Assembly: GCA_001643675.2 (NCBI GenBank)
Contig: LSRY02000016.1
Coordinates: 1,116,001-1,180,000 of the forward strand
Source: Monocercomonoides exilis PA203
Lineage: Eukaryota > Protista > Preaxostyla
Direction of reading: 5' to 3'
DNA: 64,000 nucleotides
Shown piece after piece: positions 63,135 through 64,000 of the stretch. Each line of letters starts with the position of its first letter. Position 1 is the first letter of the stretch. The notes under the pieces are model-generated. The model worked only from the letters and a program-made list of their open reading frames with translations, was not told the DNA's origin and made no database searches. A program made the translations under genes and the position numbers.

Positions 63135-63446
63135 AAAACAATAAAAAAAATTATGAAAAACAAATTCAACTGAATATGTTGAATTTCTGATCAATTAACA
63201 ATTGAACATAAAAAATAAACAGTGTTTTTCTCATTTTGAATATATATTTAATAAGATTCGATTAAAAAATTTAAAAAAATATTTGAAGTTAATTAAAAAT
63301 TTCTAAAATTTTTTTTCATTGCGGAAAAAATAATAATCAACTTTAATTGTCTTCTCATTATTTGAAAATTCAAAAATAAATTTAAAATACTTCAAAAAAA
63401 TAAATATTTATTTATTCTAACAAAATTATATCAATATTAATTTATA

Positions 63447-63700
63447 TGGGTGATTATTTTTTAAATCAAATTTTTTCAAACATAATTTTTGGTTATGAAA
63501 ATGATTTTGAATTTTATCAAATGAACATTGAAAAGTGAAAAGGCTTTTTAAATTCCTTTAAATCTTTGATTCCGAATAACCATTTTTTTTAATAATTTTT
63601 CATGCTTTTTAACTTTTGAATAAAAATTTTATTTTATGAAACTGACAAATTTTGAAAACGGACACCCCGAAAAAATTTTGATTGCAAAAATAATTACCCA
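63447..63700 (+). mobile_element. MITE family B copy with TA target duplication
   Basis: TA|TGGGTGATTATTTTT...AAAAATAATTACCCA|TA. Confidence 0.8.
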
Positions 63701-64000
63701 TATTTTAGAAAAGAACCTTTTGTGTAATTATCAAATCAATTGAACATTTCATTTTTCAATCAAATTTCTGTTTCCACTCACTAAATTTTGCTGTTGTTAA
63801 AATTAAATTTTGACAATGCTATTGTTTCCAATTTTGTGAATATTCATGATTGGGAACAGAAATATGATGGGAATATGATATTTTTATTCCATTAGAAAAT
63901 TTTTTTACATAAGAAACTTTTCAAAAAAAATTTGACATCTAGATATTTTACTATGATGAATAAGCAGTGTATTCCAAAAAAACTTCGATAACATGGAATT

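Noticed and set aside
1-64000. CRISPR arrays, rRNA, tRNA or prokaryotic operons
   Set aside because: No repeat-spacer periodicity or RNA gene signatures were seen, and the genes have spliceosomal introns.

Overview
AT-rich, intron-containing eukaryotic DNA using the standard code (real genes end in TAA/TGA). Gene content and style resemble an oxymonad such as Monocercomonoides; this is an inference, not a database match. The window has three parts. (1) Two giant single-pass surface-protein genes (1-5462 and 33875-42491). They share a near-identical 3.7 kb ectodomain block, then switch at one conserved motif to different C-terminal modules, one ending in a kinase-like pseudokinase tail and the other in a charged tail. 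(2) A compact housekeeping cluster at 15.4-28.9 kb: an ARM/SPRY-like gene, an ER-type DnaJ, UTP21/WDR36, Orc1/Cdc6-like and an FPP/GGPP synthase. (3) A dense transposon landscape: two pogo-like DDE_1 relics, an intron-bearing Merlin (IS1016-like) element with TIRs and an 8-bp TSD, a Tc1 relic, at least two ~260-bp MITE families with TA/TGGG ends, and two different DIRS retrotransposons. Both DIRS elements keep the full ITR/ICR architecture and sit back-to-back inside the same decayed host gene. A degenerate USP-type protease gene lies at the right end. All alignments and splice models were made by eye.
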